DNA of 64,000 nucleotides from Eledone cirrhosa (Eukaryota): NCBI GenBank assembly GCA_964016885.1, contig OZ024743.1, positions 325,872,001 to 325,936,000 of the forward strand, read 5' to 3'. Shown piece by piece: positions 1 to 12,975 of this stretch (position 1 is its first letter; each line of letters starts with the position of its first letter). The notes under the pieces were generated by a model. It saw only the letters and a program-made list of their open reading frames with translations, ran no database searches and was not told where the DNA came from. The position numbers and the translations under genes were made by a program.

Positions 1-28
1 AATTACAAAGGTATTGTGGCGTTTGGTG

Positions 29-243
29 TTCCCGTGGCTGTTTTCTGTGGCTTGTATGCTATCTGCTTTCCCGTGGCTGTTTTCTGTGGCTTGTATGCTA
101 TCTGCTTTCCCGTGGCTGTTTTCTGTGGCTTGTATGCTATCTGCTTTCCCGTAGCTGTTTTCTGTGGCTTGTATGCTATCTGCTTTCCCGTGGCTGTTTT
201 CTGTGGCTTGTATGCTATCTGCTTTCCCGTGGCTGTCTGCTGC
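29..243. repeat. 39-bp minisatellite, about 5.5 copies
   Basis: Unit cccgtggctgttttctgtggcttgtatgctatctgcttt repeats nearly perfectly. It explains the repetitive ORFs 3..275 and 16..279. Confidence 0.95.
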
Positions 244-3200
244 TTACCTAGGTGTTCTCCACCAGGGGGAGACAACTAGGCCTGGTCCAGGGGGTGTAAG
301 GCGTCTTACTACACATTTAAAAGAAAGCTTAAATGTGTTGATACAACTCAAAGCTCTAATGTAATTTTATTATCTACATAAAGATTGCTGAAAAGTTCCT
401 GGCTTTGAGTATAAGAAAATAACTCATCGGACGAGTAATGTTAGTATTTATTTCGATTTACAAAACAGTAATTTTTATTAAATTCTATTCTATTTATTTT
501 CCGTATAAAAACAATATTGAAATTTTGTTTTGGAATTGTCTCTGTTTTTCCAATCTGTTGAGAAGGATAGAGATGATGAGAGTGGAAAAGAGAGTGTGAG
601 AAAAAAGAAAGAGAGAGTAAGGAGACCGTGCATAGAACCAGTGGTCCCCAGATGTCCGCAAAAATATTTTAAATATTTTTAACGACCAATAACATTCATT
701 CCACTTTTTCAGTTGTCATGCAGAGTATCCTCCCTTTAATTGTATAAAACCATAATTAATTTCTAATATTTTTTTTTTTTTATTTAAGAATGGATCTATG
801 TCGGTTTCGACAATTAGTATTCCAGTTGTTCGATCACCGAAAAGACGCTCATGAATTGAACGTATAAATGCATGAGCATTCCACAGACACGTGTACCCTG
901 AACATAATTCTCAAGGAGACTCAGTATGGCTCGGTGCATGACAAAGCTGGCCCTTTTAATTACAAGTACAGTCCATCCAGCAGGCTTCCAAACAGTTACC
1001 GCCAACCTAGTTTCACACACAAAGTTTCCAGGATGCCACGGAATTGGATCAAACCAAGGACCTGGTGATTACGAAGCGAACCTCTTAACCATTTAGTCGG
1101 GTTTTAAAAAAAAATGGAACTACATATTTCCCCACCAAAATCTAAAATGCAGTTGTTTTGAAATTCTCTGTTCTTTAGGTGCAGCGATTTAGCAGAGTCG
1201 TTAGAACATTGGATAGAATGCATTTCGGGATTTGTTCGGGCTCTTTGCGTTCACTTGGTTCAAATCCCGCTGGAGTCAATTGAGCCTCTCATACTGCCGA
1301 TGTAAATAAAAAAAAAAAAAAGTACCAGTCCAGTACTAGGATCAATTCTCCCCCTAGCCCTCTACTTTTCTGAAAGAAATTGGTTGTGTTCAAACCTGCA
1401 AAAATTATGGGCTCCACCAGGTTTAAATGCTTGGGGATCCAGCCAGATCAGTTGGTTGCTTCTAACATGACTCGCTGGAGGGGATGTTTGAGGACTCTGT
1501 TGCTCCCATGACGCGCTCAGGAATAAGTGCGCGAAGAAGAAGCGCCCCTTCGATTCTATCAGGAGTTATGGGGGGGGGGGGTCCATACATGCTCAGTTTT
1601 TTTTAATCCTGTTTAGTTTATTTTGTCTATGTGCAATTTTATCTCAGTATGTTTAACTATATACCCATTTTCACAAGAGACATCTCTCACCCACCCCAAA
1701 GTGGGTGGGAGATCTCCCCGTCGGACGGGGAGAGTTGACAGGTCAGAATAACGGTTTTTGATTTAGGCACAAGGCCAACAATTTTGGGAGAGAGAAAAGT
1801 CGATTAAATCGACCCAGTGTGTTACTGGTACTTTATTTTATCGACCCCGTAAGGATGAAATGCAAACCTAACATCGGTGAGATTTGAACTCAGAACATAA
1901 AGGGTCGTAACTCTATACCGCGAAACATGGTGCCCGACGCTCTACGATACTACCAATTCACCACCCTCTTAATGGGTTCTGATTTAGATACAAGACCAAC
2001 AATTTTGGGGCGGGGAAGTTGATTAAATTGACACCAGTGCGTTACTGGTACAGAACGTAACTATATGCCGCAAGGCATGTCGTCCAACACTGCCAATCCA
2101 CTACCCTACAGGTTTAATTGTTCCTACTTTAAGAACAAGGCCAGCAATTTGAGGGTGGGGTCAATTAAATCGACCCCCAGTGCATTACTGATGTTTTATT
2201 TATCGACCCTGTAAGAATGAAAGGCGAGATTTGAACTCAGAACGTAAAAGGTCGTAACTCCATGCTGCGAAGTAGGATTAATTAACAACAAGAAGTAAAA
2301 GAAAAAAATATCCAAGTCAAACATTGACATATGCAACAAATACAAAATTAATATAAAAGGTTTGAAGAATGGCAGAATTTCATTCAAAACATCTCCACTT
2401 TAAAGTTACACTTTTACTTGTTTCAATAAGGAGATCGCGGCGCTGCTTTGAAGGAATTTAGTCATTCATATCGACCCCAGTACTCCAATAAAGAACAACG
2501 TTGCACAGCATTTGAAAATATTTAAGAATTCTGCCTCGTTTACATCAAATATTTTAATATATGTTTTAATATTTCCGATTACTATTTTTACATATAAAGG
2601 AATTTATTTTATTATCATTACAAATTTCAATATGAACCTTTTTTATTCGCAGTTGTGTAAATAACATTACAAATATAATGTTGATAAACACATAAATACA
2701 ATTAATTATTGCTAGGAACCCGACGAAAATATCGCACTAAAATGTATGACCAGGGCGAAAGAAAGAGAAAAAAATGGTGGAGAAGCAAAAACAAAATCGA
2801 CCATCAATTCAGCACCAAGTGCGACAAGCGACTGCACACCACAAGGGCCAGCGGAATATTTTGAGGCAAGTCACTCGCAGCATTACCACGGGTGATGGCG
2901 GGGCTAAGGCACTGAAACAACAAGGCACCCTCACGGGACACATCAGTAAGATGAGCCACCAGTGATGAGAAGAACTTCGCTGGTACTTATTTTATCTATG
3001 TCTTTTTGTCAAACCACTAATTATGACGCACACACAGTTTACTAGATCAGGGTTTAAATTAGGGGTCTTAAACACTGGCCTGCAAAATACTTTTCTATGA
3101 CCCTCAGCAGAATAATTTTTGTGACATATTAATCAGCCTACCCCCTCATCCCACTTTTGGCTCTCTGTGTCTCTCCCCCATGATGTAATGATCATTTTGA

Positions 3201-4108
3201 GACCTTGAGTTTGGATCCCTGGTCTACATAGAGCTAAATAGATTCAATATTTGAGAGCTCTTTTTTTTTTTTTCTTTTCATTTTTTTTTGTTGTTTTTTA
3301 ACAAACAAACATCAGTGATAAGATCCAAAATGTCAACCCACACCTCACCCATTTTAATATCGATAACGGTGGCGAATTGGGAGAGTCGTGAGAAGGTCGT
3401 TCATGTTCTCTGAGTTCAAATCCTACCGAGGTCAACTTTACCTTTCGATGTCGATAAAAAAAATATCAGTCAAGTACTGGGGTGGATTCTTCCTCACCTC
3501 CTCCCTGTCACTTTCGTCTTCTCTGGAAGAAATCTACTGTACTCGGACCTGGAGAGGGATGGACTCCACCAGGTTTAAAATGCCCAAGCAACGACGTATG
3601 TCACTATGATGCCTTTACGCTTCCACCAGGAGTTACGGTACCATACCATACCATATTATCGATGTCAGATACATTATCCGATACCACACACTTGTTTTGG
3701 GGATTTACAACACTTAATAACCAATTTGAAAGAATCATTTTAGCCATTTAAAACCTTACCTTTACTTTGTATTCATCACACAAAAGCAGTTGATGTTACT
3801 TTATATTTATCATTTATTACTTGGTATCAAAATGTTGGTCACACTGTCTGCAACCTGGTCACACTACCTCCAATAGAATTATGTCAGTGATTTGGTCTGA
3901 GATATTGTGATGCAAATTATGACACATAAAATAAATAGTTTTTGTGTGTTTTTAAATGACTAAAATGATTCTTCCACACAGAAATTGTTTTAATTTCAAC
4001 ACACGATCTCAAATCAAGCCACGCAACAAATATGTACAACTCTGAAATAACTAATTAGCTTTTCACATTATTTATTCTAAAACATCTGATAAACAGATAG
4101 TACTACAA

Positions 4109-4144
<36 letters not shown>

Positions 4145-4308
4145 AAATATCGTTTTTTTACAAAAACAATATGTGTATGTATATATACTATATATATGAC
4201 CATATAAAAATCTACATTAATAGACCAGGTAGTTTATATTATCGGTATCCAATATTAAATATGACTGAAATTCTTACAGCAGGCATTGTCTTGTATTTTG
4301 GTATTTTA

Positions 4309-4390
4309 CTAGTTTCCTTCTCGATTAAAAGCATCTAACATTCCCCAGACATCATCGCCTTCAGTAAAATCCGTTGGTGAAGGAGGGCAG
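4309..4390 (-). CDS. Last coding exon of a putative secreted Cys-rich peptide gene (F/CPPSPTDFTEGDDVWGMLDAFNREGN*)
   Basis: Long polypyrimidine acceptor ending ctttttccag at 4391. Phase 2 matches the upstream exon (TT+C=Phe). TAG stop at 4311-4309. AATAAA on the minus strand at 4076-4071. Confidence 0.8.
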
Positions 4391-4824
4391 CTGGAAAAAG
4401 AGAAAAGGGAAGAGAAAGATAGATATAGTATGGTCTAAATCAAAAATCCTACGAAATCATTCAACTAATCATTTTGGGGTAAATGTATAGAATAACGAAC
4501 TGATGTAAGGAATGTAAGGGACGTAATTAAAAAAAAAAAAAAAAGTTTTTTTCGAAATGAGTGACCAGTAGCGAACTGTTCGAATCATATATACATGAAT
4601 TCATATGTCGCAACCTTTTTAAGACTAAAGTCTTTGGGCACCTGTTGATTTGTATTCAGCAATTTTATGATGTGTGACTTTCGTTATGATTTGTAAGTAA
4701 CTCCTCGTTTTCATTAAACACTCATTTCTAAAATGTTCTTCCATTAAATACTCTGAAATATACACACACACATATATATACAATGATATTAAATAAATGG
4801 AAACTATATTAATAAAACCATATT

Positions 4825-4885
4825 TATTCTATTATATTTATTTCAAGGGTACCAAAATTTTGGTACGCTATCATCAGATAAAATA
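4825..4885 (-). ncRNA. Hammerhead ribozyme of the 59144 family, in the peptide gene's last intron (sense)
   Basis: uauuuuau-CUGAUGA-uagcguacca(aaauuu)ugguacccuu-GAAA-UAAAUAUA^auagaaua. Confidence 0.7.
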
Positions 4886-5245
4886 CGAAGTGTGTTTTAT
4901 AAATTTTGACATAACCAAGGAGAATATACCTTAACGGTTCAAGTTTTGCTTGGATAGTTTTCCACTATCCAAGGAAAACTTCAGCCATTAAGGTATATTC
5001 TCCTTGGCTATCCACCTTCCTAGTGCAATGATAAAATGTATTCAGTAGAATGCTGGAATGTATATTAAGTGAGATATATACCCCAGGCCCATCTGAGAGT
5101 TCAGTAGCTCAGCTTGAGTACTGACTCAGTCTGTGAAGATTCATCTAACACTTTTTAGCAGGGAAGATGGACGGTTGATGATGATGATAATTATGATGAG
5201 GATGATATCTTTCAATATCTGTTAAGATAAATAGCTTCTACTCAC

Positions 5246-5442
5246 AAAAATGTTTCAAATGTACATTGTTGTTGGAAACAGAACTTGAAATTGCTGCAGC
5301 ATATTCTTTCTGCAATATCTGTTGTTTTACGACACAAGTGGAAATTATTTTCACACTCACTATAACATTCTATACTAGGCCTGTAAATTGCAGTTGCAGC
5401 AATGATTAATCCCAAAAGAGAAGCAACAAACACAGTCTTAAT
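5246..5442 (-). CDS. Exon 2 of the secreted Cys-rich peptide gene (signal peptide plus 7 of the 8 Cys)
   Basis: Acceptor tttttcag|ATT at 5443 and donor TT|gtgagt at 5245 bound a 197-nt exon. It encodes IKTVFVASLLGLIIAATA-IYRPSIECYSECENNFHLCRKTTDIAERICCSNFKFCFQQQCTFETF, with a hydrophobic core and an A-T-A cleavage-like site. Confidence 0.85.
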
Positions 5443-8399
5443 CTGAAAAATATAACAAATGCAAATTATCACCAAAATTAATTTTTTGAGAACATTTCAC
5501 AATAGTGAAGCCCATCTATTTATCACATTCCATGACCAGATGGGTCAGACCTACCAATCTTGCTTGTTATGCCAAATATGGAAAGTAATGGGCAAGAATG
5601 GTTGTTCCAAATTCGTCTGGTCTCTGACCATTATGACTCATCCAACCCATGCCTGCATGGAAAGGTGATGTAAAATGATAATGATGCTGCTGATGGTGAT
5701 ATTCTAATATTTTAGATCCCTTGCCAACAGTCTGACCTGGTGTTGAACCAAACTAGTTATATCAGATCTGAATTACATGCATACAACAGTCTAATTGGAA
5801 TGATTAGTGGACTATTGCTGTCAATAATGAGAGCTATAGTGTTGAATGTATTTAATTTTTGGAATCCAAAATTGGTATACCATATATACCAGGATTATTG
5901 AATATATGAACAATCATACAAACTGGCAAATATGCATTATAATAAATCAATGGTTTGTATAAGAGAAATCCTATAGTTTATGTTGATTACTGACATGTGG
6001 ATGTGATTAATGATAAAAATTATATTTTAACAATTTATTTCTCGGATATAATTACATAAATGTTTTGCATGTATGTACAAATGACATACAAGATTAAGTG
6101 TATGAGTAACTTTAAATAATAAATATCTATAGTGACAAATGTAGGGTAGGGTTATAACCCAGAACCTTGTGATTGGAAAGCGAACTTTATATTGTAGCAA
6201 CACGACTGATATAGGAAATGCATTGTGTGTACGTGTGTGTGTGTGTAAATATGAAAGAGTTACAGACAGATATAGATAAATATACAAACACTCATGGAAT
6301 ATTATTATGGTTGATTAGTTCACCCCCTACTACATTTAGTAAGGCTAAACTGCTTTTTTCATGCAGATGGCATTCTTAGGTAATTTGTCTTAGTCATTAT
6401 AACAATTTTTTATATTAATTTGTGTACATCATCATACATCAATCTAGTGATTCCCTTATCACTTACCTGACAATTACTGAAAAAGCTATGCTTCACTGAT
6501 CTATAATAAGACTGAAACATATTCAGAATTGCCTCACATACTTGCCTAAATCAGATTAAAATATTACTCATTGAGCTTTCTTCACTGCATAGGTATTATT
6601 CTTTTATGCTTTCACTGGCTTCAGTTATTAGACTGTAGCTATGCTGTTGGGGCTCCACCTTGATTTACTTGAAAAAATATGTACTGAGGTAAATGTGATC
6701 AAGTCTGGTATTTATTTAATTGATTCCCTTTTTGTCGAACTGTTACATTGCAAGACACAGACACAAGCGTAGATATTGACATGGACATATACTCACATAT
6801 ATGCCAGACTTCTGCAGTTTCCATCTATTAAATCCTATTTATAAGGCATTGGCTAACTCAAGGCTATAACAGAAGACACTGGTCCAAGGTGTTGTGCAGT
6901 AGGATTGGACCTAGAACCACATAGTTGTGAAGGAAACTCCTTAACCACACAGCTATAATTAATTAGATTTTCTTCAGTTCATAGAAGGGATCACTGAAAA
7001 GCATGATTGAAAATGTCCTACTACTTTTCCAGAATAGCCCTCCCCTCTATGATAAATCAATATGAATATGATAATATAATCTGAACTAATTTATTCTAAA
7101 TAAGTTTAAGGTCAGGGTTAATTCAATCAATTTCCTGCAATTGACTCCAGATTGACCAGTGTACAAACAGAAAACATGAATTAATCCTAACCCCTAACTC
7201 AAATGCCTAAACCTAATTTAGAATGAATTAGTTCGGATTAACTCTAACCCCTAAACGATCATCTTAATTTAGAAAAAAAAAATGATTAGATTATATCTTT
7301 GTCTTATATCAATTTGTCATTGTGGGTGGTGAGGCTACTCTTGAGAAATTCCAAGGGCGCTATATGCACAGAAATGCATTTTGATATTTCAATGTAAGTT
7401 CAAAATCTTCAAAATCAAAAACGTTGTTCATGTGTCCCTCCCATCTTATTTTCAAAATGTATGAACCCTAAGAATATGGACCTTCACATGTTCCAATTTT
7501 CCAATCAATAGAACAGTTTGCTCAGGCAATTAATGTGCAAGCAGCTGAGCATTCCATGGGCATGTGGACCCTTAACATACATTCTCAGAAAAATTCAGTT
7601 TGACCAATCTTAATTTACAAGTACAATCATTCTGACATGCTTCCAAACAGTTTCTATCTACTCAATTTCACTCACAAGGCATGGGTCAACCCAAAGCTAT
7701 GGTAAATGACACTTGCCCAAGATGACATGCAGTAAAATTGAACCTGGGAGCTAATGATTACAAAGTGAGTTCTTCAATCATGCAGTGTCCACATGTACCC
7801 AGAACTACATTTTCCAATGTGACTTTTCCTTAAGATAGCAGGGTTTGATTTGAGGGTAATTTGAAGCAGGTCAAATGTCCATGTAAAAAACACCCTTACT
7901 TACAGTACAGATGTAGCAGTTCCAAACAATACATTGAAGTGATATCAATGTCAATATTTAGTCTTGGTGTACATTATTCCTTATGTTACTCTATTTTTAA
8001 TGAAATAAACTGTCTGATTTTTAAATCATTTCAAATATATGCTTTGGTCACAAACCCAAGTACCGTTTCCCATAATGCAGAAAAGCAGAAGATATCTAAA
8101 TCCTAGGATTTGACCTACTGTTTCCTTTTTGTGCTGGCTGCTGTCAAGAACTTGCATGTCTTTGGTCCTCTGACTGCTGTTTTCCTCTACATGAAGAAGA
8201 GTGCATTCTGACTGAGGAAGGAGCTCCATGAAGTGGAATGGCTGATGCAGTGAGTTTCATCGACTGTTCTCTGCTTTTGCCATTTTGTCTGCAAAGCACA
8301 GCTGAGATATATCACCCAACCAAGAGTGTAGAGTTTGCCCTCTCCCTTCTTAATTATTTAATATTTTAATCCCTTTTAAAATATATTTTCATCAAGAAT

Positions 8400-9550
8400 T
8401 TGGAAGGATCTAGTAATATTACTAATTGTCTGGACAGTATTGTATCATAGATCCAGAGGCAATTTGGTATCAAATCAAGAATCATTGAAGAAAAACCTGT
8501 GATATTCTGTAAAACAGACAAGATTACCAAAAGACGACCCAAATACCACTGTCAGGTAACTCATTTAAGAGCTGTCACACTTAAAGTTTGTACACTGAAA
8601 GGTAGATCTGGTTACACTGGAATGTATGGTGGCTTTGAATATGTCTTGAAAAATGAGGAGAGATCAAGGTTCCTAGAATTCAGTGATATAACTGACCTAT
8701 TTGCAATACTAACTTCAGGAAACTAGCCAGCCACTTCATTATCTACCAATAAGGGGAACATGCAAGCCAGAATGACAACTTGCTCATTGGAAAACGGGAT
8801 AGATGGTTGGATAGTAATGAATACTAAGTATTTTCCTGGAGAAGAATACACACCCCAACATAAGTTAGTTATTAGAGACATCACTATAAGAACAAGACAA
8901 AATCAGAAATACAGGAAATTATGAAAGGGGATATGGAATTTTAAAGACCTCTCTAGATTGCTCTGAAAGCATAGCAGCTAGAATAAGAACAGGCTGGAAA
9001 AAGTTCAGGGAGTTACTATCCCTGTTGAAAACAAGAGGGTTCTCTCTATGAACAAAAGGCCAGCTGTATGATGCCTGCAGGTGAATTGGAGTGTTGTATA
9101 CAAGTGAAACATAGGCAGTAAATGTAAAGGATATGTGCAGATTGAAGAGAAATGAAGTTAGCATTCTTTGATGTTAATATGCATAAACATCAAAGCATGC
9201 TAACTTCATTTCTCTTCAATCTGCACATACCCTTTGCATTTACTGCCTATGTTTCACTTGTATACAACATCAAAGCATGGATGGATTGAGAGGAAAATAG
9301 AGTACAAGAGGAATTACATGTAGTGTGCATGATGCAAGAGAGAAGACTGTGCTGGTATGGTCATGTGATGATAATGATGATTGTTGAGTGAAAAAGTATC
9401 AGGAGTTCCTAAGGGAAGGAAGCAGAAGAAGGCCAGGGAAAACGTAGGCAGAAGTGGTGTGAATGGATCTCAAAATGCTGAACTTCACAGGAAAGATAAT
9501 AACAGAAAGCCAGATGTTGAAGGAAGATATAATGGATAAACCCTGTACAA
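8400..9550 (+). mobile_element. Old RTE-like LINE 3' fragments
   Basis: Degenerate RIRTGWKKFRELL and RRLCWYGHV motifs. Confidence 0.6.
9092..9269. repeat. Fold-back palindrome, arms about 84 bp with a 10-nt loop
   Basis: tgttgtatacaagtgaaacataggcagtaaatg... mirrors ...catttactgcctatgtttcacttgtatacaaca with few mismatches. Confidence 0.92.
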
Positions 9551-10399
9551 CCACAACATTGACATGATGTTGGTTCTGTAAATTCTAATCCAAATCCAAA
9601 CCAAATGTTGACTTTCACTTGGAGAGGTTTGAGATGCCAGATGTTACATAATAAATGGTTTTAACAGCTTACGGAAATTAGTGCCCTTGCTCATTAGAAT
9701 AAATTACTTCAGATCAACCCTAGCCCCAACCCTAACCCACAATTCTAACTAAAATTTGAAATAAATTAGTTTGGATTATGTTGTTATCTTATATTAATTT
9801 CTCATGGGTAGAGTGGTATTAAGGTCTGCTCTGGAGAAGCACAGAGACTTCACATTGTTACAACATCCTAAATGATTTTAACAGCCCAGAGAAATTAACA
9901 AAGAATGAGATCAAAGTCTTGTAGAAGAAACTATTAAGTTGACAGGGTTTCAGACAACCATTCAAAGAGTTGGCGACTCAATATATTCTCCAGAATAGCC
10001 CCCTTCCCCAACCCCATTATAAAAAATATAAAAAGACAATAATATAATCTGAACTAAATTATTTCAAATTAGTATTAGGGGTTAGAGTTAAGTCAATCAA
10101 TTTCCTGTAATTAATTAACTCTAGATGGATAGACATATAAACAGAAAACATGAATTAACCCTAACCCTAATTTTGAATAAATCAGTTTGGGTTATATTGA
10201 CCTATCTATATTAATTTACCATGGGCAACTAATCTTTCAATGATACACTCCACCTTCCCCTAAATTGCTACCACAGGATAGTACCATTGTAGAAACAGTG
10301 TAAAATCAACATATATTTTGCTACTTTGCAGTGATATGTTCAACTCTTTCTGGGGTATTAACTTTGAGTGGGGGTGGATTCCATCAGCTTCATTTATTA

Positions 10400-10860
10400 T
10401 AGAAGCAGGTGATGAAAGATTAAAACTTCAACATCAACCTCAGAAGGAGATAAGACTTGGCCTGACCTCTTCAGCTGTGACAAAGCTGAATGTCATATGG
10501 AAAAGGCAATATTGTACAAGTCCCTAATGACTTCAATCCTTCTGTAAAGGTGTAAGGGGTGGAATCTCACAGCTGACATGGAATGAAGAATCCAGGTATT
10601 TAAGCACAAGTGCTTCAGAAAGCTACTGACCATCCCATACATGGAGTACAAAACAAACAACTTGGTCAGGCAGCAAGTTAATAAATATGCTGGCAGACAG
10701 GAACCACTCTTTGCAATCGTGAAATGATGGAAGCTTCCTTGGTATGGTCATATATACTGCTACGGCTCCTTGTCTAAAACCATTCATTGGAGCACAGTCG
10801 AAGGAGGAGGAAGAGGCAGACAAAGAAAATCCTGGTTTGACAGAATTTGAACTTAGAGCG
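10400..10860 (+). mobile_element. Old RTE-like LINE 3' fragment
   Basis: Degenerate EIRLGL, WYGH and EGGGRGRQRKSW motifs. Confidence 0.55.
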
Positions 10861-12109
10861 AAGTGAGTTGGAATAAATACCAAGACATTTAATCCCTAAT
10901 GATGCCATCAATTTGCCAATGTATAAATTGTCTGTGATTAATGACTATCTAATGATACTATAGGACTTTTCAATTGATTTCCTTTTACTGTTTTATGATA
11001 AAATCTTTAATGTGACAAAACACTATCAAAGCTCTCAAAGGAACCAAAAAATCTGATCAGCTGAGTTGAACACACAGCTGCATAATATGATTTAAACGGT
11101 TTCCATTCCATTCCGTTGATCAAGTTAATAACGCACAGCAAAATAAATAAAAAAACAATAAATAAGAATCCATATTCTACATCCAAGTACATGCAAGGCT
11201 GAGTGGTTATGGAGTTTGCTTCACAACCAGGGGTTCAGTTCTGATGTGTGGCACCTTGGGCAAGTGTCTTTTACTAAAGCCTCAGGTTGGTGAATGCCTC
11301 GTGAGTGGAAATGGGTAGATGGAAGCTACAGAAGCGTGTCGTGTGTGTGTGTATCTGTGTGTATTTCCGTGTTTATGTCGCATAGCATAGCGGTTCGACA
11401 AAAAAAAAAAAAAGAAAAAGATGGATAAAATCGGACAAGAAAAAATAAGTACTGGAGTCGATATGATCACCTAAATTAAAGCGGTGCCCAAACACGGCTA
11501 CAGTCAACTGAAACCATTAATAGAATAATAAAATAAAGGGGATTTATTACATACATACACATTTGGGTGGAAGTTATTTTAAGCTGCGAAAAAAAAAAAA
11601 AAGTGTAAATAAAGACTCGTTGATGTCGCTGATTGTTCTCGGGAAACACTAGCCGATTATTAGTCAGTGATTCTACCAAGCACACGTTTAATCCCAAATG
11701 GCTGGGCTTCATATTTCATATGTGGAGTTAGGAGAATGATATTAAACGTGTCTCTGGTAGAATCCAGCGATTACTTTAGGCATAAGGCCAACAAATACCC
11801 AGTGCATTACTGGTACTTTATTTTATCGACCCCGTAAGGATGAAAGGCAAAGTCAATCTCGGCGATTAATAATGGGCCAGTGTTTCCGAGCACGATCAGC
11901 GACATCAACGAGCCAACATCTTCAGATTTCATTTAACTCTTTTGAAGCGTAAAATAGGATTCAACAATAATGTTGTATATGCATGTTTCTATGGTTATTA
12001 GCAAATTTTACTGTAACAACATGGCGCTTTACTCATTAAAAAAAAAAATCACATACATTGAGCATAGGGCGGACATGTACACAATGTTTTCTTTTTATTT
12101 CTAACTTAC

Positions 12110-12115
12110 CAACAT
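12110..12115 (-). CDS. Candidate first coding exon (ATG TTG) of the Cys-rich peptide gene
   Basis: ATG TTG|gtaagt is a consensus phase-0 donor and joins to give ML|IKTVF. There is a TATA-like TATATAA near 12210 and a CpG-rich stretch just upstream. Confidence 0.6.
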
Positions 12116-12159
12116 GAAGCTAATGACTTCTCAGACCGTTAGAATTACCGAAGTTCTTT

Positions 12160-12340
12160 TTGCAAGTGAATTTCCTACAAAGATTTCAAATTACCTTGAT
12201 ATTTGATTATATAAAGCAGTCGGATCCGAGGAAATCAAGGTTATTCCGCGACGGCGAAAATGCAATACAAATTTTAGGCCCGCAGATTTGAAAAATGCTG
12301 TGTGCGCGTGTTTGTTTAACGCTTCCGCCATTACCTCCCC
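12160..12340 (-). promoter_or_regulatory. Putative promoter of the peptide gene
   Basis: TATATAA near 12208-12214, Inr-like TCACTT near 12165-12170, and cttccgccatt (ETS/YY1-like) near 12322. Locally CpG-rich and not repetitive. Confidence 0.4.
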
Positions 12341-12507
12341 AACGTTTAACGAATCAACAAGCGTTCCTTATGTTTTCTCTCTGGCCGTTGTCTCTACACT
12401 GACACCTGTTAAGCAGAGGCAAAACTAGGGAAAATAGCGCCTATGGCAAGCAGTGAAATTGTGCCCCTGTCCCAGCACTGTATTTTTACCTATAGGTCTA
12501 ATAATTG

Positions 12508-12975
12508 GCATACGTTAAGACGGGCGTTGCGGAAAGTGAAAGTAAATTTTTTGACAACAATGTGAATTTTTTTTTTTTTACAATGAAAGTTACGATACAC
12601 ACGCAATTGTATGGATTTCTTAATATATATATATGTGTGGGTGTGTATATGTGTGTATATATATGTGTGTCTGTATGTATATATATATATGTGTGTTTGT
12701 ATATATATATGTGTTTGTGTCATCATCATCGTTTAACGTCTATCTAAAGAAAAAAATAATCACTATAGAGACCCGTTGTAAATAAACAAACAAATTCACA
12801 GTGTACACACATATATACACACATATACACACCCACACATATATATATATTAAGAAATCCATACAATTGCGTGTGTATCGTAACTTTCATTGTAAAAAAA
12901 ACAAAAAAAACAAATTCACATTGTTGTCAAAAAATTTACTTTCACTTTCCACAACGCCCGTCTTAACGTATGCCC
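12508..12975. repeat. Long inverted repeat, arms about 165 bp
   Basis: 12508-12670 is reverse-complementary to about 12803-12975, including the microsatellite-like inner ends. Confidence 0.92.

Noticed and set aside
29-243. CRISPR-like periodicity (also 44430-44720)
   Set aside because: Contiguous tandem units with no unique spacers, eukaryotic context, and no cas genes.
3-364. Repetitive ORFs (QKTATGKQIAYKP)n and (FPVAVFCGLYAIC)n
   Set aside because: By-product of a 39-bp minisatellite that is open on both strands. No splice or start context.
5242-5475. ORF-track single-exon 77-aa version of the peptide
   Set aside because: Its start is not ATG and lies in the intron, and its stop overlaps the gtgagt donor. 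The spliced model fits better.
8026-8290. Exon-like segment in intron 1 of the peptide gene
   Set aside because: Stops in all three frames after the candidate acceptor and no good donor.
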